This document shows positions 18,205 to 26,853 of a DNA stretch of 30,477 nt, piece by piece. The notes below the pieces were generated by a model. It searched no databases. It was given only the letters and a program-made list of their open reading frames with translations, and was not told where the DNA came from. Made by a program: the position numbers and the translations under genes. This DNA comes from Vicingaceae bacterium (GTDB lineage: Bacteria; Bacteroidota; Bacteroidia; Flavobacteriales_E; Vicingaceae). The DNA lies in NCBI GenBank assembly GCA_035305805.1, contig DATGOR010000289.1:1-30477 (forward strand). Reading direction: 5' to 3'. The stretch's first letter is position 1, and each line of letters starts with the position of its first letter.

Positions 18205-18212
18205 TATATTTG
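18205..18212 (+). promoter_or_regulatory. Candidate -7 box TATATTTG for rpoN
   Basis: Exact TAnnTTTG, 33 nt upstream of ATG 18245. Confidence 0.45.
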
Positions 18213-18244
18213 AGCAATAAACGTCCTACTTTCACTTTATCGAT

Positions 18245-19705
18245 ATGGCATTAAAACAATCATTAAGTTTCAAACTTCAACAAAAGTTATCGCCACAGCA
18301 AATTCAGTTGATGAAGTTGTTGCAATTACCTACGGTTGCCCTCGAACAGCGTATTAAAGAAGAGATGGAAAGCAATCCGGCATTAGACGAAGGTAAAGAG
18401 GAAGAAGAAGAGTTTGAAATCAATGAACATGATGAGTATGAAGGTGCAGAAAGAAGTGAAGCTGAAAAAGAGTTTAATTTTGATGATTATGTAGATGATT
18501 CAGATACTCCTACCTATAAATTAACGGCTAATAATCATAGTAAAGATGATGAAGATAAGCAAGTTCCTATTAGTGTAGGAGCAAGCTTTCAGGAGAGTTT
18601 AGAAGCTCAAATAAATTTATTTAATTTGGAGGAAGAAGACCATGCAATCGCCCTTCATTTAATAGGTAGTTTAGATGAAGCAGGGTATCTTCGTAGAGAC
18701 ATTAATGCGGTGGTAGATGATTTGGCTTTTACGCAAAACATCATGACCGATAAAGAGCATGTAGAAAAAATGCTCCAACTTATTCAACACTTAGATCCTC
18801 CCGGAGTAGGAGCCAGAAGCTTACAAGAATGTTTGTTGGTGCAACTAAACCGCAAAAAAAATCAAACACTTATTCTTCGTAACGCTAAAGAAATAATAGA
18901 AAATTACTTCGATGAATTTTCAAAAAAACACTATACTAAAATAATTGACCGTTTAAATATCTCTGAAGATGACTTGCGTTTGGTGATAGAAGAAATATTA
19001 AAACTAAATCCCAAACCCGGCAACTCATCGGCAGAAGGCATCAAAGTAGTTCAACATATAGTTCCTGACTTTGTGCTAACGGTAGAAGATGGTGAAATTG
19101 ATGTAACGCTAAATGGCAGGAACACACCTGATTTAAAAGTAAGTCGTTCTTACAAAGAAATGATAGAAGGCTATAAAGCTCAGAAAGAAAAACCGAGCAA
19201 AGCCCAAAAAGACGCATTGATGTTTGTAAAGCAAAAATTAGATGCTGCCAAATGGTTTATTGATGCTATAAAACAACGTCAGCATACCTTATTACTTACA
19301 GTAAATGCCATTGTAGAAAGACAAAAGAATTACTTTTTGGAAGGAGATGAAACCCTCATAGTTCCTATGATATTAAAAGATATTGCTGAAGAAATTGATA
19401 TGGATATTTCTACCGTATCAAGAGTAGTGAATAGCAAGTACATTCAAACTCCTTACGGAACGTTTTTATTAAAAACCTTTTTTTCAGAATCATTAACAAC
19501 CGATAGTGGGGAAGAGGTGTCGAGCCGTGAGGTTAAAAAAATACTACAAGATGCGGTGGAAGATGAAGATAAACGCAAGCCACTAACGGATGAAAAACTT
19601 TCTAAATTATTGAATGACAAAGGCTATAACATTGCCCGAAGAACTATTGCTAAATACCGTGAACAGTTGAATATTCCCGTTGCTCGATTACGAAAAGAAA
19701 TATAA
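18245..19705 (+). CDS. rpoN: RNA polymerase sigma-54 factor
   Basis: Gln/Leu-rich region I (LQQKLSPQQIQ...LQL), DPPGVGARSLQECL, HTH DMDISTVSR, RpoN box ARRTIAKYRE. Confidence 0.97.
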   Translation: MALKQSLSFKLQQKLSPQQIQLMKLLQLPTVALEQRIKEEMESNPALDEGKEEEEEFEINEHDEYEGAERSEAEKEFNFDDYVDDSDTPTYKLTANNHSKDDEDKQVPISVGASFQESLEAQINLFNLEEEDHAIALHLIGSLDEAGYLRRDINAVVDDLAFTQNIMTDKEHVEKMLQLIQHLDPPGVGARSLQECLLVQLNRKKNQTLILRNAKEIIENYFDEFSKKHYTKIIDRLNISEDDLRLVIEEILKLNPKPGNSSAEGIKVVQHIVPDFVLTVEDGEIDVTLNGRNTPDLKVSRSYKEMIEGYKAQKEKPSKAQKDALMFVKQKLDAAKWFIDAIKQRQHTLLLTVNAIVERQKNYFLEGDETLIVPMILKDIAEEIDMDISTVSRVVNSKYIQTPYGTFLLKTFFSESLTTDSGEEVSSREVKKILQDAVEDEDKRKPLTDEKLSKLLNDKGYNIARRTIAKYREQLNIPVARLRKEI

Positions 19706-19714
19706 TTGAGAAGC

Positions 19715-20320
19715 ATGAGGTTAGCTGCAAAAATTATATCTATACTCTTCAACCCGCTATTAATGCCCACTTTAGGGCTTTTTTTGCTTTTCAATACCGA
19801 TACTTATATAAGTTATGCTATTCATTTTAAGCTGAAACAATTTACCATATTATTTGTTGCATTGGTAACTTTTATTATACCCTTGTTGGCAGTTTTATAT
19901 TTAAGAAATAGAGGTGTAATTACCAGTATTGAAATGTATGAGCCAAAAGAGCGTATCATTCCTTATGTGCTAACTACAGTTTCGTATGTTTTTACACTTT
20001 ATATATTGAAACAAACAGCTGTAATTCCAATTATTTTCACTTTTATATCCGGAGCTACTTTTGCCATTATTATTGCTTTTATTATCAATTTAAAATGGAA
20101 AATAAGTGCTCATGCTATTGGTATTGGAGGGATTTTTGGGGCATTTTTATGTGTAGCTTTTAGGTTGCAAGCAGATGTAAGTATTTTTATTGTTTCCGTT
20201 TTATTGGTATTTGGACTGGTGGCTACGGCTCGACTAATACTTAATGCTCATACTCCATCGCAACTTTATGCCGGGTTTTTATTGGGAACGTTTACTCAAC
20301 TCATTGTGTTTTATTTTTAG
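19715..20320 (+). CDS. Membrane protein, degenerate PAP2 (phosphatidic acid phosphatase) family
   Basis: About 6 TM helices; KISAH resembles motif 2 (PSGH) and ARLILNAHTPSQ resembles motif 3 (SRx5Hx3D); motif 1 not recognisable; ATG 19715 preferred over TTG 19706. Confidence 0.6.
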   Translation: MRLAAKIISILFNPLLMPTLGLFLLFNTDTYISYAIHFKLKQFTILFVALVTFIIPLLAVLYLRNRGVITSIEMYEPKERIIPYVLTTVSYVFTLYILKQTAVIPIIFTFISGATFAIIIAFIINLKWKISAHAIGIGGIFGAFLCVAFRLQADVSIFIVSVLLVFGLVATARLILNAHTPSQLYAGFLLGTFTQLIVFYF

Positions 20321-20337
20321 CGATTAAAAAATTAATT

Positions 20338-21078
20338 ATGCAACAAACCGAAGACATTATTTTTGGCATTCATCCTGTGGTAGAAGCTATTCAATCGGGA
20401 AAGGAAATTGATAAGATTTATATTCAGCAAGATATTAAAGGGACAGGAATTACGGAGTTACGAAAAGCAATAAAAGAACATAAAATTCCATTTTCGCACG
20501 TTCCTGTTTTTAAATTAAATAAACATGTAAAAGGCAACCATCAGGGGGTAATTGCTTTTGTTTCACCTATCGCATTTGCCAATTTAGAAATGTTAGTGCC
20601 TTCTTTATTTGAACAGGGAAAAACTCCATTAATATTAATATTAGACAGGATAACAGATGTAAGAAATTTTGGAGCCATTTGTCGAACAGCTTACTGTGCA
20701 GGAGTTGATGCAGTAGTTATTCCTAAAAGAGAATCGGCTCAAATAAATGCTGACGCTATGAAAACCTCTGCCGGAGCTTTAAATTATATACCGGTATGCA
20801 AATCTGATAACTTAACAGATACCGCTTATTTTTTACAATCAAGCGGGATACAAATAGTTGCTTGTACCGAAAAAACGAATGAGTTGATTTACCAAGCAGA
20901 TTTTTCTCAGCCAACAGCAATTATTATGGGAAATGAAGAATCGGGCATAAGCAATCAATTAATGAAATTGGCCGATGCTAAGGTTAAAATTCCTATGCTC
21001 AATGAATTTAGCTCGCTTAATGTTGCTAATGCTTCTGCCATAATTGTTTACGAAGCAGTGAAACAAAGAAGTGTTTAA
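20338..21078 (+). CDS. rlmB: 23S rRNA (Gm2251) 2'-O-methyltransferase, TrmH/SpoU family
   Basis: IFGIHPV, NHQGV, LDRITDVRNFGAICRTA, IMGNEESG, IPM...SLNVANA. Confidence 0.92.
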   Translation: MQQTEDIIFGIHPVVEAIQSGKEIDKIYIQQDIKGTGITELRKAIKEHKIPFSHVPVFKLNKHVKGNHQGVIAFVSPIAFANLEMLVPSLFEQGKTPLILILDRITDVRNFGAICRTAYCAGVDAVVIPKRESAQINADAMKTSAGALNYIPVCKSDNLTDTAYFLQSSGIQIVACTEKTNELIYQADFSQPTAIIMGNEESGISNQLMKLADAKVKIPMLNEFSSLNVANASAIIVYEAVKQRSV

Positions 21079-22622
21079 CGCTTATTGGATGGAGCTTGTT
21101 CCATCAATAACTTGGTGTAGCTTTTGTTTTGAATCTTGCTGTCGAGCCAAAGAATAAAGTTAAAGTAATCTAACGCAATTTTTTCATTAGGGTGCTCTTT
21201 AAAGACTTTTAGTAAGTTTTCTCTAAAATTAATGAATTGAGTTTTTTGTTTTTCTAAATTTTTAGACTTCACCAATTTTCTCATATCTGTAAGAAAAACC
21301 GTTTCTAGCTTAAAATCTCTCTTGCTTACCGTTAAAAATCGTTTGGTAGATTTAATGTTGTATTCCAAAAGTTCAATATTATTCAACTCGAAATGAATGA
21401 CTAAATTCACTAATCGCGCAAAAGAATAAACATCATCTCTCAACCCCGGTTTGCTTTCGTTTAATACTAAATTGATATAACGTAAAGCATTTTTTAAATC
21501 ATCTGTAAAGAAATAAATACGAGCAATGTTATAGTAAAACAGCATCTCTTCCTCTTTGTTAATTTTTCCTTTAAAGCGTTGAAGTCCTTCTATTACTTTA
21601 GGGATAACAATTTTAGCGGCTTTACTGTAATCTCGCATTCTAATGTAAACATTTAGCTCGGCATTAAATGGAATAGAAAATAATTTCAGCTGAATATCCA
21701 TACTTTGAAAAGCTTGTTTACTAGATAGACTTTTCATTTTGTCGATTAGTGCAAATGTTTCTTTCCATTCGCCTTTACCTAAATGTACGTACATCAAACT
21801 GTTTAATGCTCGAATATACCTTTTGGGCAATTCTTGCATAATGGACGGATTGTCTTCCATTATTTTTACAACACGGCTAAAGTTCTCGTAAGCTACTTTT
21901 AAGTTTTGTTCTGTAACCGCACAAAGTCCTTTAATAGAAAGGCAAGCCGTTGCAGCTTTTATAGAATGAGCAGTTCCTTTTTTTACTATAAGCGGATGAT
22001 TGGCAATGTTTTTAATTTCATCGCTACCTTCAATATTTCGTGCAAACCCACTTTTACGAATGATAAAATTAATCTTAGAGTAGAGTTTTTGATATTCGGC
22101 AATGTTTCTAAGTTTTTCCAAGCAATCGGTTTCTTCCTCAATTAAACTTTCCATATTTACCTTAAACTTGTTATCTAAGAAGGCTTCCTCAATCAGCTTT
22201 TTTTCCCAATCAATTAAATCTAGTAAAAAGTAAAACTTTTCATAACTATATGCTATGGCTTTTGCTCGCTGGATGTGCTTAAAACACTCTGCATACAATG
22301 CTTTGTTAAATAGTAACTCAATGTTTCTTAAGTTCTCTTGAAGGATGGAGGCAGCAGAATTATCAGAATAAAAACTTCTCAAACTTTTAAGAATAAGTTT
22401 GTATAAATGGTTTTTTTCCGATGGCAAATGCTTGATGAATTTCTCACCTTTTAATTTTTCTTTTACTTCCTCTTCATCATAATCTTCCATGCCCTCAATG
22501 CAGTCAAATAATTTCATGTAATTTTTGTCTCCTGTTTGCAAAGAAGACATTAATTTAAAATATCTTTTTTCTGACTTTGTGAGTGACTGAATAAGGTAAA
22601 AAAGCTCTTTAGAAGGTTTCAT
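21075..22622 (-). CDS. Hypothetical cytoplasmic all-helical (TPR-like) protein
   Basis: 515 aa with no signal peptide or TM segment; N-terminus ELFYLIQSLTKSEKRYFK; TPR-like helices (FYYNIARIYF...KNALRYINLVLN; ECFKHIQRAKAIA). Confidence 0.7.
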   Translation of the reverse strand: MKPSKELFYLIQSLTKSEKRYFKLMSSLQTGDKNYMKLFDCIEGMEDYDEEEVKEKLKGEKFIKHLPSEKNHLYKLILKSLRSFYSDNSAASILQENLRNIELLFNKALYAECFKHIQRAKAIAYSYEKFYFLLDLIDWEKKLIEEAFLDNKFKVNMESLIEEETDCLEKLRNIAEYQKLYSKINFIIRKSGFARNIEGSDEIKNIANHPLIVKKGTAHSIKAATACLSIKGLCAVTEQNLKVAYENFSRVVKIMEDNPSIMQELPKRYIRALNSLMYVHLGKGEWKETFALIDKMKSLSSKQAFQSMDIQLKLFSIPFNAELNVYIRMRDYSKAAKIVIPKVIEGLQRFKGKINKEEEMLFYYNIARIYFFTDDLKNALRYINLVLNESKPGLRDDVYSFARLVNLVIHFELNNIELLEYNIKSTKRFLTVSKRDFKLETVFLTDMRKLVKSKNLEKQKTQFINFRENLLKVFKEHPNEKIALDYFNFILWLDSKIQNKSYTKLLMEQAPSNKR

Positions 22623-22847
22623 CTTTTTACGTGTTTTTCGCTAAAAAATTACTTATAACTATTTTAAATAGTGATGTTTAAAAAACATATCAATAAAGAA
22701 AATATTTGTTAGCATTACAATATTACTAAAAAATAATTAATGTTATAAAAGTCAACTATTTTATAAGGGGATGTTAATTTTTTTAATATTAACGCAGTTG
22801 GGATACGTTTGGATGCTTCAATATGGTGTTATTTTCGTCAACTTGCT

Positions 22848-22855
22848 TATATTTG
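22848..22855 (+). promoter_or_regulatory. Candidate -7 box TATATTTG for the M1 peptidase gene
   Basis: Exact TAnnTTTG, 35 nt upstream of ATG 22890; supports that start over 22809. Confidence 0.45.
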
Positions 22856-22889
22856 GAGACAAACTTCACTTGATGACACATTAATAACT

Positions 22890-25271
22890 ATGATTAAAAA
22901 AATATGTATATTCCATTTAGTATGGATGACGATGGCTACTGTTTTGTTAGCTCAGCCAAATAAAAACTCGTATTCCCCCTATCAAAAAGCACTGAATAGC
23001 AGAAGTGATACTGTTGACATTATCAATTATCAGATTAATTTATCCATTATGGATTTTACAGGTAAAACGATGAGCGGAAATTGCAAGGTGTCTTTTTTAG
23101 CTAAAGTAAATGGCGTAGGGCATATTGATTTAGATTTACTAGAATTAACTGTTGATTCAGTAAAAGATGCTTCTAATAATACACTAACATTTACCCATAA
23201 TGATACGCTGTTGAGCATTACATTGTCCAATGTTTTAAATGCAGGAGATAGTAGTGCTGTAACCGTTTTTTATGGAGGTACTCCTGTAAAAGATAATAGC
23301 GGTTTTGGAGGTTTTTATTATGAAAATAATTATGCGTATAATTTGGGGGTTGGATTTAATGCCGATCCACATAATTTTGGGCGAGTTTGGTTTCCTTGTT
23401 TCGATAATTTTGTTGAACATTCTACCTATGAGTTTAACATCACTACTTCAGGGGGTAAAAAAGCTCATTGCAACGGCATATTGGTTAAAGATTCGGTAAT
23501 ATCCGGTGATACAATAGTAAGAAAATGGGTAATGGATGAGCCAATTCCAACTTACCTTGCATGTGTTGCTGTATCGGATTATACTACTGTTTATCAAAAT
23601 TTTTTAGGAACAACAGGCGTTATTCCTGTAGAATTAGTTGCCAGACCACCAGATACTACTGCACTTAAAAATTCATTTGTTAATTTAGAACAAGCTTTAA
23701 CTATTTACGAAAATCAATATGGCCCTTATCTATGGAGTAAAATTGGTTTTGTACTAGTCCCTTTTAATAGTGGAGCAATGGAACACGCTACCTGCGTAGC
23801 ATATCCTAGAGCTGCAGCCAATGGCACACTTGCTTATGAAACATTAATGGCTCATGAGTTTGCTCATCATTGGTGGGGAGATTTAGTAACTTGCGAAACT
23901 TCCGGAGATATGTGGATAAATGAAGGAATGGCAACCTATTCTGAGCATATTTTTACTGAGTTTATGTACGGAAGAACTGCTTATATGAATGACGTAAAAG
24001 AAAATCATAAAAACATTTTACAATGGGCTCATATTGATGATGATGGTTTTAGAAGTTTAAGCAACATGGATCATGCTTATACTTATGGCACACACACTTA
24101 CCAAAAAGGTGCTTCGGTAGCTCACAATATGAGGGCTTACTTAGGTGATTCTTTATTCTTTTATGGATTACAAGAAGTATTAGACAGCTTTAAGTTTAAA
24201 AATATCAATCCCGCTGAATTTAAAAACAAATTAACAGCTGCTACAGGCATAGATATGACTAATTTTTTTAATGATTGGGTATTACAGCCCGGCTATTCCA
24301 ATTTTAAAGTGGATTCGTTTGATGTGGCTTTAAACTCACCCAATTATGATGTTACTTTATATGTGCAACAAAAATTAAGAGGAGCTACCAATTTTCATAT
24401 AGGAACACCCCTTGAAGTTACTTTTTATGACAACAATTGGAACAAGCATACCGATTTTATTGTGGCATCGGGACAATACAGCTCTGCTCAAGTATCTGTG
24501 CCTTTTCAGCCAACATTGGTTATTCTTAATGAAAGTAATTTACTAAATCAGGCTAGAACTGATAATACAATGATAGTGAACAATACCTTTGGACTACAAA
24601 ACCAAAATATGTCTATGTTGTTATTAGGCGTTAATTCCATTTCAGATTCTGCTTTGTTGCATATAGAGCATCATTGGGTAGCCCCTGATTCGGTTAAGAA
24701 TAATGTAAATAATTATCGGTTATCTACCAGTAGGTATTGGAGTGTGAAAGGGTTGTTACCCAATGATTTTCATGCTACTGCACGATTTGAATTTAGCGGA
24801 ATGTCAAGTACGGGTTTTTTAGACCAAGATTTGCTTTCGGTATCAAACGATAGCATTGTATTGCTTTATAGAGAAGGAGCACATGACGATTGGCAAGAAT
24901 ATCCATATTATACCAGAACTACCGTTTCTACATTACCTTTAGGCTTTTTTGCTGTAGATAGTTTATTAATGGGAGAATATACATACGCTAATAGTCCTAA
25001 TGCAGTAGGGATTAATGAGCAAATAGTAAACAATAATGCTTTCACTTTATATCCTAATCCAACAAAAGGATGGTTTAAAATGCAAGCAAAAGACAACGAC
25101 CATCAATTAAAACAACTTTCGGTATATAGCATTTCCGGTAAAGAGGTGCACCACCAAAACTTTACTAATACTATAGAAATAAACACCCAAAATTGGGAAA
25201 AAGGTAGCTATATCATCACGGTGTTTTCGGAAAATAAACTTATTTATACAGAAAAGTTGATGGTTCAATAA
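22890..25271 (+). CDS. M1 family zinc aminopeptidase with T9SS type-A C-terminal sorting domain
   Basis: Signal peptide ending LLA|Q; GAMEH exopeptidase motif; HEFAH-x18-E (HEFAHHWWGD...WINEG); TYQKG Tyr; CTD LYPNPTKG...VYSISGKEV...GSYII...EKLMVQ. Confidence 0.9.
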   Translation: MIKKICIFHLVWMTMATVLLAQPNKNSYSPYQKALNSRSDTVDIINYQINLSIMDFTGKTMSGNCKVSFLAKVNGVGHIDLDLLELTVDSVKDASNNTLTFTHNDTLLSITLSNVLNAGDSSAVTVFYGGTPVKDNSGFGGFYYENNYAYNLGVGFNADPHNFGRVWFPCFDNFVEHSTYEFNITTSGGKKAHCNGILVKDSVISGDTIVRKWVMDEPIPTYLACVAVSDYTTVYQNFLGTTGVIPVELVARPPDTTALKNSFVNLEQALTIYENQYGPYLWSKIGFVLVPFNSGAMEHATCVAYPRAAANGTLAYETLMAHEFAHHWWGDLVTCETSGDMWINEGMATYSEHIFTEFMYGRTAYMNDVKENHKNILQWAHIDDDGFRSLSNMDHAYTYGTHTYQKGASVAHNMRAYLGDSLFFYGLQEVLDSFKFKNINPAEFKNKLTAATGIDMTNFFNDWVLQPGYSNFKVDSFDVALNSPNYDVTLYVQQKLRGATNFHIGTPLEVTFYDNNWNKHTDFIVASGQYSSAQVSVPFQPTLVILNESNLLNQARTDNTMIVNNTFGLQNQNMSMLLLGVNSISDSALLHIEHHWVAPDSVKNNVNNYRLSTSRYWSVKGLLPNDFHATARFEFSGMSSTGFLDQDLLSVSNDSIVLLYREGAHDDWQEYPYYTRTTVSTLPLGFFAVDSLLMGEYTYANSPNAVGINEQIVNNNAFTLYPNPTKGWFKMQAKDNDHQLKQLSVYSISGKEVHHQNFTNTIEINTQNWEKGSYIITVFSENKLIYTEKLMVQ

Positions 25272-26836
25272 ATATCAAATCTATCTTTCGGGCGTTCGGT
25301 GTTGTTCCAATTAAAGCCTTTTAAGACTAAATCTTTTGGTGAAGGATTGTTGATAGGATAAAAAGTGCCTTCCGGATCTTTAATAAAGGTTAATGACTTT
25401 AGGGTGTTATCTTCCAAAAAGATGAGCATATTATTTCCGGTTGCTTTGTTTACACCGATGTATTTATTGTCATCATCCTTAGCAAAGTAAATGGTTTCAG
25501 CTTGCTTCATTACATTAATTTTATACAATTGCTTCTCTCTAAAAAAACCAATCATATTGTTACCCTTTACTTGGTTGTAATGTGGGTAAATAGAATCAGC
25601 TTTAGATATAATAAAGGCATTATCATCCATGTAAATAGCATCAATTTTTTTATTGGCCATTTGTAAGTAAATAAAGTCTGCCGTCAGTTGGTTTTCTTCC
25701 GACCAAATAACAGGAAGGGTATAAAAATTTACCGTAGAATCAGCAAAATTATAGACTACTGAATCCGCCTTGCCTTGCATATCAGTTTTAAAAAACTTCA
25801 CATCGTGGTAAGCCAATAAATTTCTGAGGGTATCACTTTTTAATGTGTCGGAGGTAAGACTATCTATATGATGTTTGTAACTAGCATATATCTTAAATGT
25901 ATCAGCATGTAAAAAAAGCGTGTCGTTATCCAATACCTGCATCATCAATGCTTCTTGAGTAATTACAGCACTATCTTTTTGTTCAAAAAATTTTACATCA
26001 TCTCCTAAAAGGTGCAATTTTTCGGTAGTATCGCTAATAATGGCGTTGCAAGTGATTTTTCCATAACCATTGTTTCTGTCGTAATAAATAGTGTCTCCGA
26101 AAATAAATTTATTGTCGGAATAGATGTAAGAGTCTTTATAAAAAGTAGAAGTATTGTTTTTAGTGTTATACCATCCATCTTGCGTATAAATAAAATTATC
26201 ATTACTTATAATGGTGGTTTTTCCTAAAAAATAAACGGTTTCGGTGGGAGTATGAAACCGTAATGTGTCGGCAAAAATTTTATATTGAGGATTGGTTAAT
26301 ACTACATTTTCTTTAAAATAAAACGATTGCGTTTCTGTATGGTAATATCCTTTTTCAGAAGTAAGCGTATCTTGTTGTTGTCTGCTTATCATTTCACCAC
26401 CATTGAAATAATAGGCTACATTACTTGTTCTGTCGTAATCTAAAAACTTGGTAGTAAGTGTTACGTCTTTATTGAGTAACTGAATATTACCTCTAAGGAT
26501 AGCTTTTTTGGTATTTCCATAATATATCAATGAATCTCCTGTAAGTTGAAGTGAATCGCCCTGAGTAATTTTCACATTACTGTAGGCATGCATGGAGTTT
26601 GTTTCGGAAAAAACATAGGCACTATCACAAAACATTAGTGCATTATCATGTTTTAGTTGCACATCACCAATCAGTTTTTTTGCTTTTTGACCGGTAGATT
26701 CGTCATACTCCAATGAATTTGCATTAAGAATTTCTATTTGAGCTGCTTTTTTCTGTCCTAACAACCAAGTGCATTGCCCAACAAAAAATAAAAACAATAG
26801 TAATTTTAATGAGCGGTTAGTCATTGTTGGAGTCAT
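25265..26836 (-). CDS. OstA-like (LptA/LptD_N beta-jellyroll) envelope protein
   Basis: Signal peptide ending LLG|Q; GDVQLKHDNALMFCDSAY and recurring ADSL/GDSL/DTL strand-turn units; C-terminal LKGFNW..TERPK; start may be 26824. Confidence 0.8.
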   Translation of the reverse strand: MTPTMTNRSLKLLLFLFFVGQCTWLLGQKKAAQIEILNANSLEYDESTGQKAKKLIGDVQLKHDNALMFCDSAYVFSETNSMHAYSNVKITQGDSLQLTGDSLIYYGNTKKAILRGNIQLLNKDVTLTTKFLDYDRTSNVAYYFNGGEMISRQQQDTLTSEKGYYHTETQSFYFKENVVLTNPQYKIFADTLRFHTPTETVYFLGKTTIISNDNFIYTQDGWYNTKNNTSTFYKDSYIYSDNKFIFGDTIYYDRNNGYGKITCNAIISDTTEKLHLLGDDVKFFEQKDSAVITQEALMMQVLDNDTLFLHADTFKIYASYKHHIDSLTSDTLKSDTLRNLLAYHDVKFFKTDMQGKADSVVYNFADSTVNFYTLPVIWSEENQLTADFIYLQMANKKIDAIYMDDNAFIISKADSIYPHYNQVKGNNMIGFFREKQLYKINVMKQAETIYFAKDDDNKYIGVNKATGNNMLIFLEDNTLKSLTFIKDPEGTFYPINNPSPKDLVLKGFNWNNTERPKDRFDIY

Positions 26837-26853
26837 CTGAAACAGAGTAGGTT

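Noticed and set aside
22809-22889. ORF-track N-terminal extensions (22809, and likewise 4619, 8826, 19706)
   Set aside because: Downstream ATGs give proper signal peptides or avoid overlaps, and candidate -7 boxes lie inside the 22809 and 4619 extensions
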